64,000 bases of DNA from Bigelowiella natans CCMP2755. Taxonomy: Eukaryota > Protista > Cercozoa. The notes under the pieces are model-generated. The model was not told the DNA's origin and did not search any database. It saw only the letters and a program-made list of their open reading frames with translations. The DNA is taken from positions 1-64,000 of the forward strand of contig ADNK01001335.1 in NCBI GenBank assembly GCA_000320545.1, read 5' to 3'. Positions 39,432 to 51,944 of this stretch are shown here, piece after piece (within the stretch, counting starts at the first letter, position 1; each line of letters opens with the position of its first letter). Position numbers and translations under genes: made by a program.

Positions 39432-42400
39432 TCAATTATAGTATCTCTGAAATTCAGAATTCGTATCGTACATAGGATTCGCATTCTGGTTTATCTGAGG
39501 ATATCCACCTTGGTATTGGTTTTGACGATTCCATTGTTGCTGCTGCGCATGAGCAAATTCTTGCTCTCTTAATAATAGCGCTTGTCGCTGGATTTTATCT
39601 CTTTTGTAAAATTCTTCTTGGCCTTTCCCGAAATCGAACTTCAGTTCGTTTGGAATGTTCCATTGGGATGTCTTTGTTTCCTGATTATAACAAGTAATAA
39701 GGATAGGACTTATGAACCGAAATGTATTATAATGGCATTACCGTGTTAAAAAAGAAGATTTTGTAGTTTCCGTCTTGAGTCATGTGCAATTGATACATCT
39801 TCAGTCTTTCATTGCCAGCCATCACGTAATTCATGAGAGTGTAGAGAAATTTATTCCTCAAAACAGACGGTAAATTGCTCAATTCAGGAGATCTGCCATG
39901 CAAGAAGAAGAGCTGGCCACCAGCTACAATTAAGTGTAACCATATACTCTTTAACATTGGCATATTGATGCTGTCTAGGAATTGGAAGATTTGTGGCTGC
40001 TCCCATTCTAACATTTCTGGGATGCGATTGTTTAATGGCCAATTTTCTGGAGGGCTTGCTGCAATGATATAATCCTCTGGTGTGTTGCTGTAAAAAGCAT
40101 TAATTTGTTGCTGCTGTTGTTGCCGGATGTCTTCCGCTCGTTGTCGCTCCAAGTCCTTCTCGAAATTCTCTAGCGCCCGTTTTCTCTCCTCCTCATTCAA
40201 CGCCTCTGCATCTATGTGCTCGAGAAGTAAATTGGGCATATGGAAGCCATTCATCCAGTGGTTTGGTTTCAGATCGCCTTTTCTCTTCATGGCCATCTTT
40301 GCAAGGGCAAGTTTCGCCTTCCATATTTCTTGCTTCCGTAGATTTTCGTTTCGAGTTTCTTCATCCTCTTCTTCTTCCTCCTCCTCCTCCTCCTCCTCCG
40401 ATTCCTCCTTCATTTTCCCCTTTCTACTCGATCTTCTAGAAGACTTTTTCTTTTTGCCGGCCTTGGACTTGGACCGAGTTAGTCTCCTGCGTCTGGGCGT
40501 GGATTTCAGTTTTTTCTCCATTCTAATGTATGATTGGTATTTCTTTAATGCGGCCAAAGCATCTTTTTGTTGCTCCATGTTTCCATAGCGTGCTAGAACA
40601 AACCACATAAGTGATCCTTGCGGAAGCTCTTTCCGACAATTTTCGTATGGGTTATAGACAGAGCTCTTTGCATCAGGTCCAATTCCGGCTGCAGCGCTCA
40701 ATGCGGCTATAGTTTCTGCTGACAGTTTAGATCCTGACGGCGAGGACTTTTTATCGGCACCCAAAACCTCCCCGTCGCCACTTTTCTCTGCCTCTTTCTT
40801 ACCGGTCTTGCTCTTCTCGTCTTCCATTACCATTTTATTTTTAGAGATTTTTACGCTAATTGAAGCAGATTTGTCGTTTTCCTGACCCGGTTGCCAAGCC
40901 CCGTCAGCTTCTATTTTCTCCATTTCATCTAAAATCTTTTGCTCGCTTTTCGAAGCAATCGCCTCCAATGTTTTCTGTTCCTCCTCTGTGACTTCTGCAT
41001 CTTTACTGCTTTTTATTGCGTCGTATTTAGTCATCGGAAACTCACAGCGGTAGAGATCTTGCAAGTCGGTTGTCTGGAATACGCGCTGGACTTGTTTCTC
41101 ATCCACGACCCGTAGGGCCAATCCACGCTTCGTCAGCTGCCTTTCATATATTTTTTGCTCCATCGTGTCGTGGGATACGAGTCTGTAGACATACACATTC
41201 TTCTTCTGCCCAAATCGATAAATTCGGAATATTGCCTGCAAATCATGCGATGGGTTCCAGCTGCTGTCGAAAATAATTGCGTGATTCGCACCTACTAGAT
41301 TGATTCCCAAAGAGCCGGCCTTCGTAGACAAGAGAAATACCTTCTGTTCACTATCAGGCTTATTAAATTCATCGATGTCCTTCTGTCTGACATCACACTT
41401 GATGGAGCCATCGATTCGGAAGAAGTTTTCATTTTTATAATAATCCAAATGCTTTTCCATCGCCGTTTCCAAGAGATCGAGTGTGAGTAGACTTTGAGAG
41501 AAAATAATGACTTTCTCTCCTTGAGCTATTATTCTTTCCATAAGTTCGATCGCAACTTGAAATTTGGGCCCTGTTGTTATGTTGAGATCCAGGTCTTCTT
41601 CATCTTCGTCTTCATCCTCATTTTTTGGTAGGATGCTTTTGAACCAGTCGTGTTTCAATCCATTTTTCGCAACACCATGCATAATTGCGTCTATCTTCTC
41701 CCTTTTCTTCTGCAGCTGCAGCTTACGTTCTTCTGCTTTTGTTTTCTCACGCACTTTATCTAAATCGTCATCGAGCATAGCGTCTTCATCCTCGTCTTCG
41801 TCATCATCATTGATAAAAAGATCCAGCATAGCCCTTTCCTTCTTTTGATTTTGCGTACGATACCATTCCTTGTAAGCCAATCGAATTATTTGTGGATGAT
41901 TCCATATCTTATTGAGTGAGTGATAGTCTTGGAACAGAGACCTAAAGTTACTAGAAATCAGACGATGCATTCTGGATGTAATTAACCAATGCTATTATTG
42001 TGTTAGTGTTCAGTTGGACCTTCTCGTAATATTTCCCAAGTAATGTGCATACAGCTGTTTTTGAAGAGGTGAGAGTGAAACAAACAACGTATAGACGCTT
42101 TTTTCTGGCAATTCGTGGGCGATGTCTCTATACCCTCTCCTATGGACAAATGCCTGAACTTTGTTGTGAAGAACAAACGCTCGTTCACGCATAAGCCTAA
42201 CGTCATCTGCATTACTATCTACACATTGGCCATTGAGGATCGGAGATTCAAAACGATTACGGAAATCCTTCGGAGTCCCCAAGAAGTTTGGTCGTACAAA
42301 GTCGATCATGAAAAAGTACTCCATCAAATTGTTCTGCAGTGGTGTGCCAGTGAGAATGACTCGCCGCTGTGTTCCGATTTGGCTCAGGACTTTCGACAGA

Positions 42401-44325
42401 CCCGTCTTAGAATTTTTAATTCTGTGTCCTTCGTCAACAACAACCAGATCTGCCATTTCTAGGAGTAAGGACTGGAATCTGTCTCTCATTTTCTCTTGCA
42501 CTCGCTTGCCCTCGCACAAGTTTCGAATCATTTCATAACCAATAATTAAGACCCCCCCTTGCCTTCGCCACTTTTCAAGAGCTCTCAATCTAGCCTTGTT
42601 TGAACGCATAACTTCTGCCATACTAACGATGCTTGGACGTTCATCTTCGTCGAGCCATTTTTCAAACTCAGCTTTCCAGTTTGTGAGGACATTAACAGGA
42701 CATATTATCATCGCCAATCGGCCAATTCCACTAGCCAGAAAAGCTTGAATAATTGTTATGGATTGGAGTGTCTTTCCTAGCCCCATTAAGTGGGCCAAGA
42801 TACAACCAGTGCCTTCTGAGAGAGTAACTACGTTTTCCTCCTCATCTTCTTCACTCGAGTCGCTATTTCCATCTTCATCCGTTCCCTTTGTTTTCTAAAT
42901 TGCATAGAGTTCAGGCTTTATCTAGGTCCTATGAACATAAAAAATATTGCTGCTACCTTTTTGTTGTCTTTGATATCGCATATGTTGCTCCAGATGAACC
43001 TGGTTCCTGCAATCTGATGCTTCTTGAGTAATTTTCCTATGGTTGCCGCTGCGAATACGGGCTCTTCAACTTTGGAGTGGTATGGGTTCAAGCACATCTT
43101 CTGTTTGTTCTTATTGTACTTTGCCCCTTGAGCCTTGTACTTCTCCTCCCTATCTTTTAATAATTCCTGCCGATACATCTGAAGCTTCATAGCCTAAATT
43201 TGATTTCAACTTAGGGTACAACTTTAAACAAAATTTGCTGAAACTGACCTTTTTCGTCTCCTCGTTCAAATCTTCGTCGTCAAGTATCTTATTGATATTT
43301 CGTCTGTACTTCCCCTTCGGTTTGTTCACATCTGATTTTCTCTCCTTCTTCTTTTTTTTTTTCTTCTTCTTTCCATATTCTCTCCAATCTTTCTTGAACG
43401 AATCCAGCTGCTCCGGAGCACATACAAAGCATTTCCAACTCTCAGCATCTTCGTATTTCTTGAAATATTTTTCGCCCATGTTCCTGCGGATAATTTCCGG
43501 CTCATATGCTCGAGGGCAAGTATCACAAACCCACAAGTCATCACCCTTCTTTGCAGACCAGCGGCAATAGTTATCATGGCCGTCCTCGTCTTTTGGCCAT
43601 TTGCATACGTTATACTTTTTAATACAATTTCTGCATATTGCCGTTTGGAGGAGAGGATGCTGGTACATGAATTTGTCGGTGTATTGCTTGAAACAAACTG
43701 TGCACGGGTATCTCTTTTTTTCCTCCTTGACCTTGACCTCAGATTCTTCACTTTCTGCTTCAGATTTCTCCGCAGAATCTTCCCCAGAATCGCGATCATC
43801 ATCATCATCATCATCGTCAGATTGATCTTCCGAATCTTCTTCATCGGAATCAATTCCAGATAGACCTTCCGAGTCTTCTTCATCGGAGTCAATTCCAGAT
43901 AGGCCTTCCGAGCCCTCTTCATCGGAGTCAATTCCAGATAGACCTTCCAAGCCCTCTTCATCAGAGTCAATTCCAGATAGACCCTCCGAGCCCTCTTCAT
44001 CGGAGTCCTTGTCATCGCTCTCACTGTCGAAAACTTTATCGTCCTTATCTTTGTCCTCTTCCCATTTTTGTCCTTTACGTCTTGTCATCGTTAATCGCTT
44101 AGGGGCCTTCTTCTTTCTGCCGGATCTCCTTGGTTTTGCCTCACTATCGTCCTCGTCGGAACTATCTTCCGAATTATCTTCTATGTCCTCTAGCCTATCG
44201 CCTTTTTTTTTCTTTCCGCCCTTCTTTCGATGCTTTTCCTTTGACTCAACCTCTGATTCGTCGTCAGATGCCTGACAGGATATTGCTTTCAATTTACAAA
44301 CGTTGACCTTGATGATTCCAGCACA

Positions 44326-44367
<42 letters not shown>

Positions 44368-44489
44368 TACACACTTCTTCTGCCTAATCAGCTGTGTACT
44401 GTTCAACGTTATTGAGTAGATTTCAACATTTTTTGATAACGATGTGTCTATGCGTTAATGAAATACATATTTTATGGATATATGTATAA

Positions 44490-44525
<36 letters not shown>

Positions 44526-45430
44526 CAATATCGTCGTCGACATCGTTGGATCCGTCATCTTTGCCTTTGTGACGCCGTGTCTTCCTTGATATCTTCTTCC
44601 TCTTTTCTCTTTTTGAACGCTCGGCTTTTTTCCTTTCCTTTGACTTTTTTGAAGTTTTACGTTTCTTTGACTTGCTTCCATCGTCATCATTATCTCCTTC
44701 ATCATTTTTATGTTTTTCTCCCTTCTTCTGTCGTTTCTTCGATCGCTTTGGTTTCTCTTCCTCTTGCATGCTGCTGTCGTCATCAAATATGTCTTCATCG
44801 TCTTCGCTCATTGCCTTACCGGTGAGCTTCATCGTTCTTTTGCGCAACTCCTGCTGATATTTTCGTTTCAATTCTTTCTTAATTTGCTCAAGCTCTCTTT
44901 TGCCAAATCCCTTTTTCTTTTTGGATCTTTTGGGCTTCTTGCGCCTAACTTCGAATTCAAAATCACTTTCATCCCCCTTTCCATTTTTCTTGCCTTTCTT
45001 GCTTTTCTTGGGCCTCATTATTATTCGGTAACCTGAGTCAGAACCAGAATCCTCGTCTGAGTCCTCGTTTTTCCGTTTACGTTTCTTTTTCTTGTTGGTA
45101 GTCTTGGTCTCCTCTTCAACGCTATCATCCTCAATTCCATCTTTCTCTTCGTCATCGTCCAAATCAAAATCCAATTTATCACTATCATTATCGTCGCTAT
45201 CATTGTCAATCTCATCGTTGGATCCATCACCACCATCATCATCATCGTCGCCGTCGACATCATCTGCTTCATCAGCCTTTCCTCTTTTTGAACGACGTTT
45301 CTTGTTGCTACTCGCCGACTTATTGTCATCATCCTCATCATCTTCTTCATCGTCATCTGAGAGCTTAAATTCCTCGAAGAAAGCATCGTAGTCGAAATCG
45401 TCCTCCTCGTCCTCTTCCTCTTCCTCTTCT

Positions 45431-45461
<31 letters not shown>

Positions 45462-45651
45462 TTTTCCCCTTCCTCTTAGAACGCCTTGACGATGTTACAG
45501 CCTTACCCCGAGCAGGTTTTGGAGTGCTGGATTGTCTTTTCCTGATTGACTTCCGCACGAAAAGTGGACCACGCTGTTTCTTGTCATTAGAAGATTCAGA
45601 ATTTTCTCGGTTCTTACTCTTAGCCGCCCGGCGAGGGACACGCCTCGGCAT
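39432..45651 (-). CDS. ATRX: ATRX-type SNF2 chromatin remodeller (ADD + helicase N/C domains, SAM-like and WW-like tail)
   Basis: ADD-like CTVC...HPLLQTAICRNC...CRW...WKCFVC. Helicase motifs GCILAHLMGLGKTLQ, VVVDEGHRIKN, LTGTPLQNNLMEY, FRIDGS, LSTKAGSLGINLVGAN and WNPSHDLQAIFRIYRFGQKKNVYVYRL. Last exon ends ...QRYYN* at 39432. Confidence 0.93.
43835..44005. repeat. 39-bp coding minisatellite in ATRX (DSDEEG/DSEGLSGI, ~4.5 copies)
   Basis: Seen in the translation of ORF 43150-44406. Confidence 0.9.
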
Positions 45652-46518
45652 GAATGATTTTTCCTTCTGAGTACAGACATGTCCGTGAGGTTAACCCTCT
45701 CAAAAAAAAGCGCAGAAAAATATTAAAAGGTTGAACCATCCCTTCCCCATTCACTTCTGTCAACCAAACATCTAAGACAGGACCCCACCAAAGGTACTAA
45801 TAAAAAGCTTTTAAGTCTTTGTAGTGTGTACCGAAGAGGGAACTGGTATGGGAAAGTCGAGTGAATTAAGGAGGGAAGGTGTATTTGGGTTTGGGTGTGT
45901 GGTTCGTTGCTCTGTACTCAGACTAAAACCAAATTTTCCTAATGTGGCCGATTTATGTGAACTGAACAAAGTCTTCAAATAGGCTAGTGCGACAATAAAT
46001 GTTTGAAGTCGTTTCCATATAGAAAGGATATCTTCAATCTTCCCGTACTCATAGAAAGTGATGATTGCTCTGGTAATCTGTAAGTCTTACTGGTGTTATA
46101 CTTTCAGATTCAAATACTCTGAAGCCAAAAGATTAATTTTGTACCGGCTGTATTTTATTTAAGAATTATTCCTAAACTAATTTACATTTCAGTAAATGTA
46201 GGCCAGATTAAGCCGAAAAATATTTGAATAATGAAAAGAAAGGCTGAAGATTTCCCTTGTCGTTGGGCGCGGCTGAGGAATGTGGCCGACTGACAGATTC
46301 GAGGGGCTCTCCAGAGACTCCCTTGTGTTTCTTCTCATCAGAGAACCGAGGGGACAATCAGCAATCAGGAAAAACTAGAGGTTGGGGAGAATGTGTGAAC
46401 ATCTCACTCGAAGCAGGCAGAGGAAATCGCGAGCTGAGCATGGTCTCGTCGTCGTTGAATATCTTCTCCATGCATTTTCTTTCGAATACATGTGCACGTA
46501 CATTTTCAGGAGATACAA

Positions 46519-48147
46519 ATGCCGATCACCAATACGAAGACCTTAGCTCGAGAAGAATGGCCGCCCGATGCCAAGGAGCAAAAGTTACATGAGAATGCCT
46601 ATTATAATTGCGTCTCTGAGTCACAGGTGAATTTCTGGTCCCCCCCCTCCAACCGAACACCCATGTGGGCGATGGAGTTCTTACTAGAATATGTATACAT
46701 ACCTCTTCAGGAGACACAACCACCAATTACTACTGCGAATGTGGTAGTCAGAGAAGGGGGCTCGCCCGATGAGAAAGAGGAGAATCTACGTGAGGAGGAG
46801 AACCCCTATTTGCATTGTGTCCCTGCTCCAAAGGTACAATTCTCAATATTAAAAATGACGGTGCGTCTTTTGAACATGCCCCACCCACACGCACTCACAC
46901 ACGAACTTTCATAAAATATTTATTCGATACTGCTCATATTGAACTCGAACGTGTCCAGGTGTATACAAAGGAACGGAGGAAAGAGGCGCAACAAAATGAG
47001 GAGGAGAAGAGAGGCCGTTTTGTTTATCACGTTGACGAGGTCTTATTAGGCAAGAGTCTCGGGGGTGGCAAATTCTCAACGGCAATGGCTGGTGTGATTA
47101 AATCTACCGGTGAAAAAGTCGCTGTAAAGCTCCTGAAGAAGGACACAGGCTACAACGATTATAAACGGGAGATGCGAAACCTGCTCGACGTGGACCAGAA
47201 TCCGCATAGAAATATCTTGAGATTTGTCGGGATCATGCCTCTGAATGGTATGCAGTGTTTCATAACAGAGTGGTGTGAGCTTGGGAGTTTGGACAAGCTG
47301 CACAACAAGTTCGATCTGACGGAGAAGAAAATGTTCTTCAAGATTGCGCACGGAATTTTCTGCGGAGTGGGACATCTCCACGCCAACAACATGGTAGCAG
47401 TGAGGATTGGGAGAGAGAGGGGGGGGGGGGGGGGGGGCATGGAGAGGGGGCTACAAAAAAGATAAAAAGCCTTGATTTATATTTATCGAATTGTCTTCCT
47501 GCTTGAAAACGGCGCATATATATAAATACATACATACATATAATAATAATAATATATATATATATATATATATAGATTCACAGAGATATCGCCTGCCGCA
47601 ATTTGCTCGTGAAAAACGACTTCGAAGTCGTAATCGCCGATTTCGGCCTCACCGTGAGGGCTCCAAACAAAACTTACAAAGCTAGTCTCGCAGAGCGCCT
47701 TCCATGGCGCTGGACGTCCCCCGAGACCATGGCGTCTGGAATTTTCCGCTTCTCTTCGGATGTGTGGGCCACGGGGGTGACGCTATGGGAGCTCCTGAGT
47801 AAGGGCTCAATTCCGTTCCTGGCCGCACGTGGACCGCAAGAATTCAGGGAACTGTGGCAGTCTGGAAAGATAAAGATAGAAGTGCCACCATCCCTTGGCT
47901 GGGCGCTCGATGTGCTCAACTGTTGCCTTCATCCTCTTCATACGGGGAGACTCAAGCTGTCGGAGGACACTTGGCTGGACTTCGTAGCTGTAGCAGCAGC
48001 AGAGAGAGAGGATGGGGGTAGTGATCAAGCGAAAGCTACCAACAGCAGTAGACGGAATATTTTCACCGAGGAAGATGTTGATAAGCGTGCGAGCCAGGCG
48101 GTGATTTTAGAGAGAAAGGTTAGAGCATGTTTATATCTGCTACATGG

Positions 48148-48184
<37 letters not shown>

Positions 48185-50234
48185 TTGAGTTCACGTACGT
48201 GGTTCGCTTGTACCTCTGCATGTATACCACAGTTCACGTACGTGGTTCGCTTGTACCTCTGCATGTATACCACAATAACATAATAGTGGTTTTGTCCACA
48301 GCTGTTGTATCCATCCATCATCGTTTGTCCTTCCTCTGTAAATATTAGAAGGAGAAGGAAGAAGTGATTAAAATCGGAGGTGAACGAAACGGAAACTTTA
48401 GCAGTAATGCCGAGAAAAAAGAGGGGAAGCAAGAAGGTGGAACTCTATTATCCAACCGGCTTGATGAGCTCAAAGAGATCCAAAAAAAAATTAAAAACCT
48501 TAAGAAGTCCGACTACTCGCTTCTCGCTTCGATTCCCAATCCCTACTCCAAAAATATCTACAATATGGCGAGCGCTGTTTGCATATTGCTCGGAATACAA
48601 CCGACCGTCAAGACTGACAGTACGGATAAGACTCTCAGAGATTACTGGGACGCTATCAGGCCGAGAATCAATCTCACGGAAGAACCCAGCCTCGTCTTTG
48701 CCCGGGTACCTGGTCTCAAATATATGATGCAGGAGCAGCTATCGAAATATCATCTCGGGGTACTCATGTATGCATTAGATTGGAAAAATTTGTCCCCCGC
48801 CACAATTAAGGCTCTTAGGCCATATGTGGAGGGGGGGGGCGAGAAAAATATTTCGATAGAAAAATGTCGGCAAAGCAACCCCTTGGCTCATTTATGCTCC
48901 AGATGGGTGTACGCTATGTATAGAACTGCAGCAGCAGATACGACGACGATGCAGAGCAGCTTTGGTACTACTACTCAAATACTAATTTGATATATTCGAA
49001 ATCATGGATGATACACAAGTAGGATCAACATTACCCATTACTTTACTTGGAGGGCGGGGCGAGGGGGTCATGTGTACCTGCGCGCTCGTACAATGTTCCG
49101 ACGCCAAAGTTAGAATGATCATGGGTCTAACTCTTTCCTCTTTCTCTTCACTCTTCGCGTCTTCTTCTTCTTCTTCTTCTTCTTCTTCTTCTTTTCCTTC
49201 TCCTCCTCCTCCTCCTCCTCCTCTTCCTTTTACATGAATCCACAGGTGAGATTGATGACCATTTCATCGGTCCCACGTTAAAATACGTCCCCGGTGGAGA
49301 TGTGAACGGGCTATGGCCTCGAATCAACCGCTTCTCAGCAGCGAGGAAGGCTAGCTTTAACAATGCGAAGATGCACATTGTCAGATCGGGAATAGGAGCT
49401 CTGAAAAATCTTGAAGCCCTCGATCTTACCGGAAATAACCTAGTTAGTTTACCAGCTCAGATCAGCTTACTGTCCATGCTCAAGGTTCTCAACCTAAACA
49501 ACAACTACTGTCGCCACCTCCCCCCGCAAATCAAATCGCTGTCCAAGCTCACAACGCTCCACCTCCAGCAAAATAAGCTTTTAAGCCTGCCGCTCGAGAT
49601 CTGCACCATCCCCAGCCTGCGGGGTCTATACCTTCAAAACAATTGCCTTCAACAACTACCTGCTGACGTGCAGGTGCTCCGTAACCTCGAGCGGTTGAGC
49701 CTGGAGAATAATCAATTGAGAAGCCTTCCGTCTGAGGTCAAGGTTCTCTCGAAACTACACTGGCTTCAACTAGACAACAACTCCTTGAACAGCCTCCCAT
49801 CGGAGGTTGGATTCTTGGAGAATCTAAATGTATTAAGCGTCGATGGAAACCGCCTTACAAGCCTGCCAGAAACTTTCAAGTTACTTCAGAACCTCAGAGA
49901 ACTCAGCATCGCGGACAACAATCTGCCAACATTTCCGCTGCCGTTGCTTTCCCTCCATAAGGTCAGCCATTTATGTCTCGATGGAAATCGGATTTCAAGT
50001 ATCCCAGCTGAGATTCGGACTCTCACTTGTCTGCAAAAACTAGCTTTGGAGAGAAACCTTCTCGTAAGCTTGCCTACAGAGATGAGCTCTTCGCCAGATT
50101 TGATTTTGGGGGGGATCCATGTGGATGGGAACCCGGCTCCGGAAAAGGAGCTCACAAAAAATATATCGTTCAAGCTTGCCAGGCAAAGATTAGGAAAGCT
50201 GCTGGAAACTAGCTCAGACGAGGAGGAAGATTAG
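46519..50234 (+). CDS. Tyrosine-kinase-type catalytic domain + dynein-stalk microtubule-binding-like domain + C-terminal LRRs
   Basis: LGGGKFS, VAVKLLK, IHRDIACRNLLV, DFGL, LPWRWTSPE, SDVWATGVTLWE. Phase-compatible GT-AG introns join the kinase (to 48118) to exon 48349-48964 and then to the LRR exon 49246-50234 (~10 LxxLxLxxNxLxxLP repeats). An extra 5' exon is possible. Confidence 0.8.
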
Positions 50235-50239
50235 CCGAG

Positions 50240-51780
50240 GATGAATTGATGCAAGACGACGATCACATGCAAACACGACACTTGGCAATGTGCATGTGGG
50301 TAACTGCAGCCATTTCAGCTGTCAAGTGCACAAACATGCGAACACCAACAGCTCAGATTGCGAAACCAATTGAATGCCATCATGAATCGAAATGATGAGA
50401 TGACATTGCTGACTGTGCAGCTGAAAAAGAAGCAAGGACAGCTACGCGCACTGCGTGACATCGACTGTGGAACACACGTGCTTTCAAGCGCATGAGACGC
50501 ATCGCAAAAGACTTGATTGCTTCATTGTATCCGTCTCACACGTGCAGAGCCAGCGCATCAGTGAGGAACATTGTGTCCAGGTGCACCTAGACGTGCGTTG
50601 GTGCGCCGCTGTGCCAGTGACAACCCGCAACAATGACATCTCGTGCAAGTGCTGCTTGGGTGACTGCAAACGCTGTGTGTTCCGTTTTTGTTTGAGTCAA
50701 CAAGAGTGTGGAACGTGGTCGACGGAGCGACCTCGTTCCCAGCCGAACTCCACGCGTGCAATGCCCCATCAGGAAGCGGTCTTGTGTCTGTGATGCATTG
50801 GAAGTTGTGATGAAAAACAATTGGTGCAACAGCTGACAGCGCCCACAATGACGCAAGCTAGCTTTGCAAGGAAAAATTTTCAGCACGATTGTTTTTGTCA
50901 GCGCTGGAGCGGGTCGCACATTGATGGATTGCACACAGATGTGCATCTTGCTCAACTCCTTTTCAAACCTTCTTCGCAATGTGTGCCATGACGTTCATCA
51001 TCGCGCTTTGCAAAGTTTGGAGAAGCCTCGAGCATGTTGCATCGGGGCTGCATGCAACAACGAACAATGATGATGGTGGTGGTCTCAAACGCAAAACTTG
51101 CCCTTCCTCCATTGCATCTTTTGCACGTTCTTGTGTTGTCAGCGGCACACATGAGTGTGTTGCCATGCGTCAGATCCAAAGATGTTGACCCAAGTTTTCC
51201 GTGCCAAGACATGCATGCATTTGAGGTGCGACAAATGCCCTGAAAGGTTGTCGTGAGTTTCATGCGGCCACAAAGTGGGGCGTGCCACGTTTTAGCGGCT
51301 GCAGTGATGCCATCCATGGCCATCCATGCGATTTCTAGATGACCAGATGAGCACATCATGCATCATGAAATGACCGAATGCGCAAGTGCCTTGCTTCTGT
51401 GGATCATGTGCTAGTGTGGCACAATCTAGCAATTGCTAGCTGCGTGCGCGCGGAAAATGAATCGAATCAAGCATGAGAACCAACAAAACCAGAGTCCCCT
51501 CGCAATGTCATTTTGCAGCGCAACATCTGGAACATGTGCTGAACTACGTGACGTTTGCGCGGACAGTCGAATCGCAAAATGAGCAGCCAGAAGCGGGCAT
51601 GCTGTTTTGCACACGCATGGCAGCAGCGGACATGCAGTGCTCTGGATGCATATGTAGATGCACAACAGGGACAAAGCTAGACGCACAGACGGTGCCGTGT
51701 GCCTACATCAGGTTGGACAAGACATCATGCAAGCCATGCCTCTGGGAGTGCTAAGACACGTGCAAGAATCGAGCTCGGCT
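50240..51780. pseudogene. Second TpA-depleted island: degenerate repeat or pseudogene of unknown identity
   Basis: Only 7 TA in 50530-51543 (6 CTAG, 1 TTAG). Fragmented His/Cys-rich, Tyr-free ORFs in several frames. Confidence 0.55.
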
Positions 51781-51944
51781 TTGAATAGAAGCTAAGCGCA
51801 TAGCGACCCGCTGTAGTGGCAATGATCATAGAATAAGCATGAAGATTGATTCACATTACAAGACCATCTTCATGTATAAATATCATCTTTGACGTAACGG
51901 CAAGGACTCGGTATCGAATCTTAATTAATTTTCTGACTTTGTTA

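Noticed and set aside
48188-48273. 43-bp direct repeat (2 copies) in a kinase intron; this and the 80-bp and 39-bp repeats were considered as CRISPR-like
   Set aside because: Simple tandem duplications with no unique spacers or cas genes, in a eukaryotic context.
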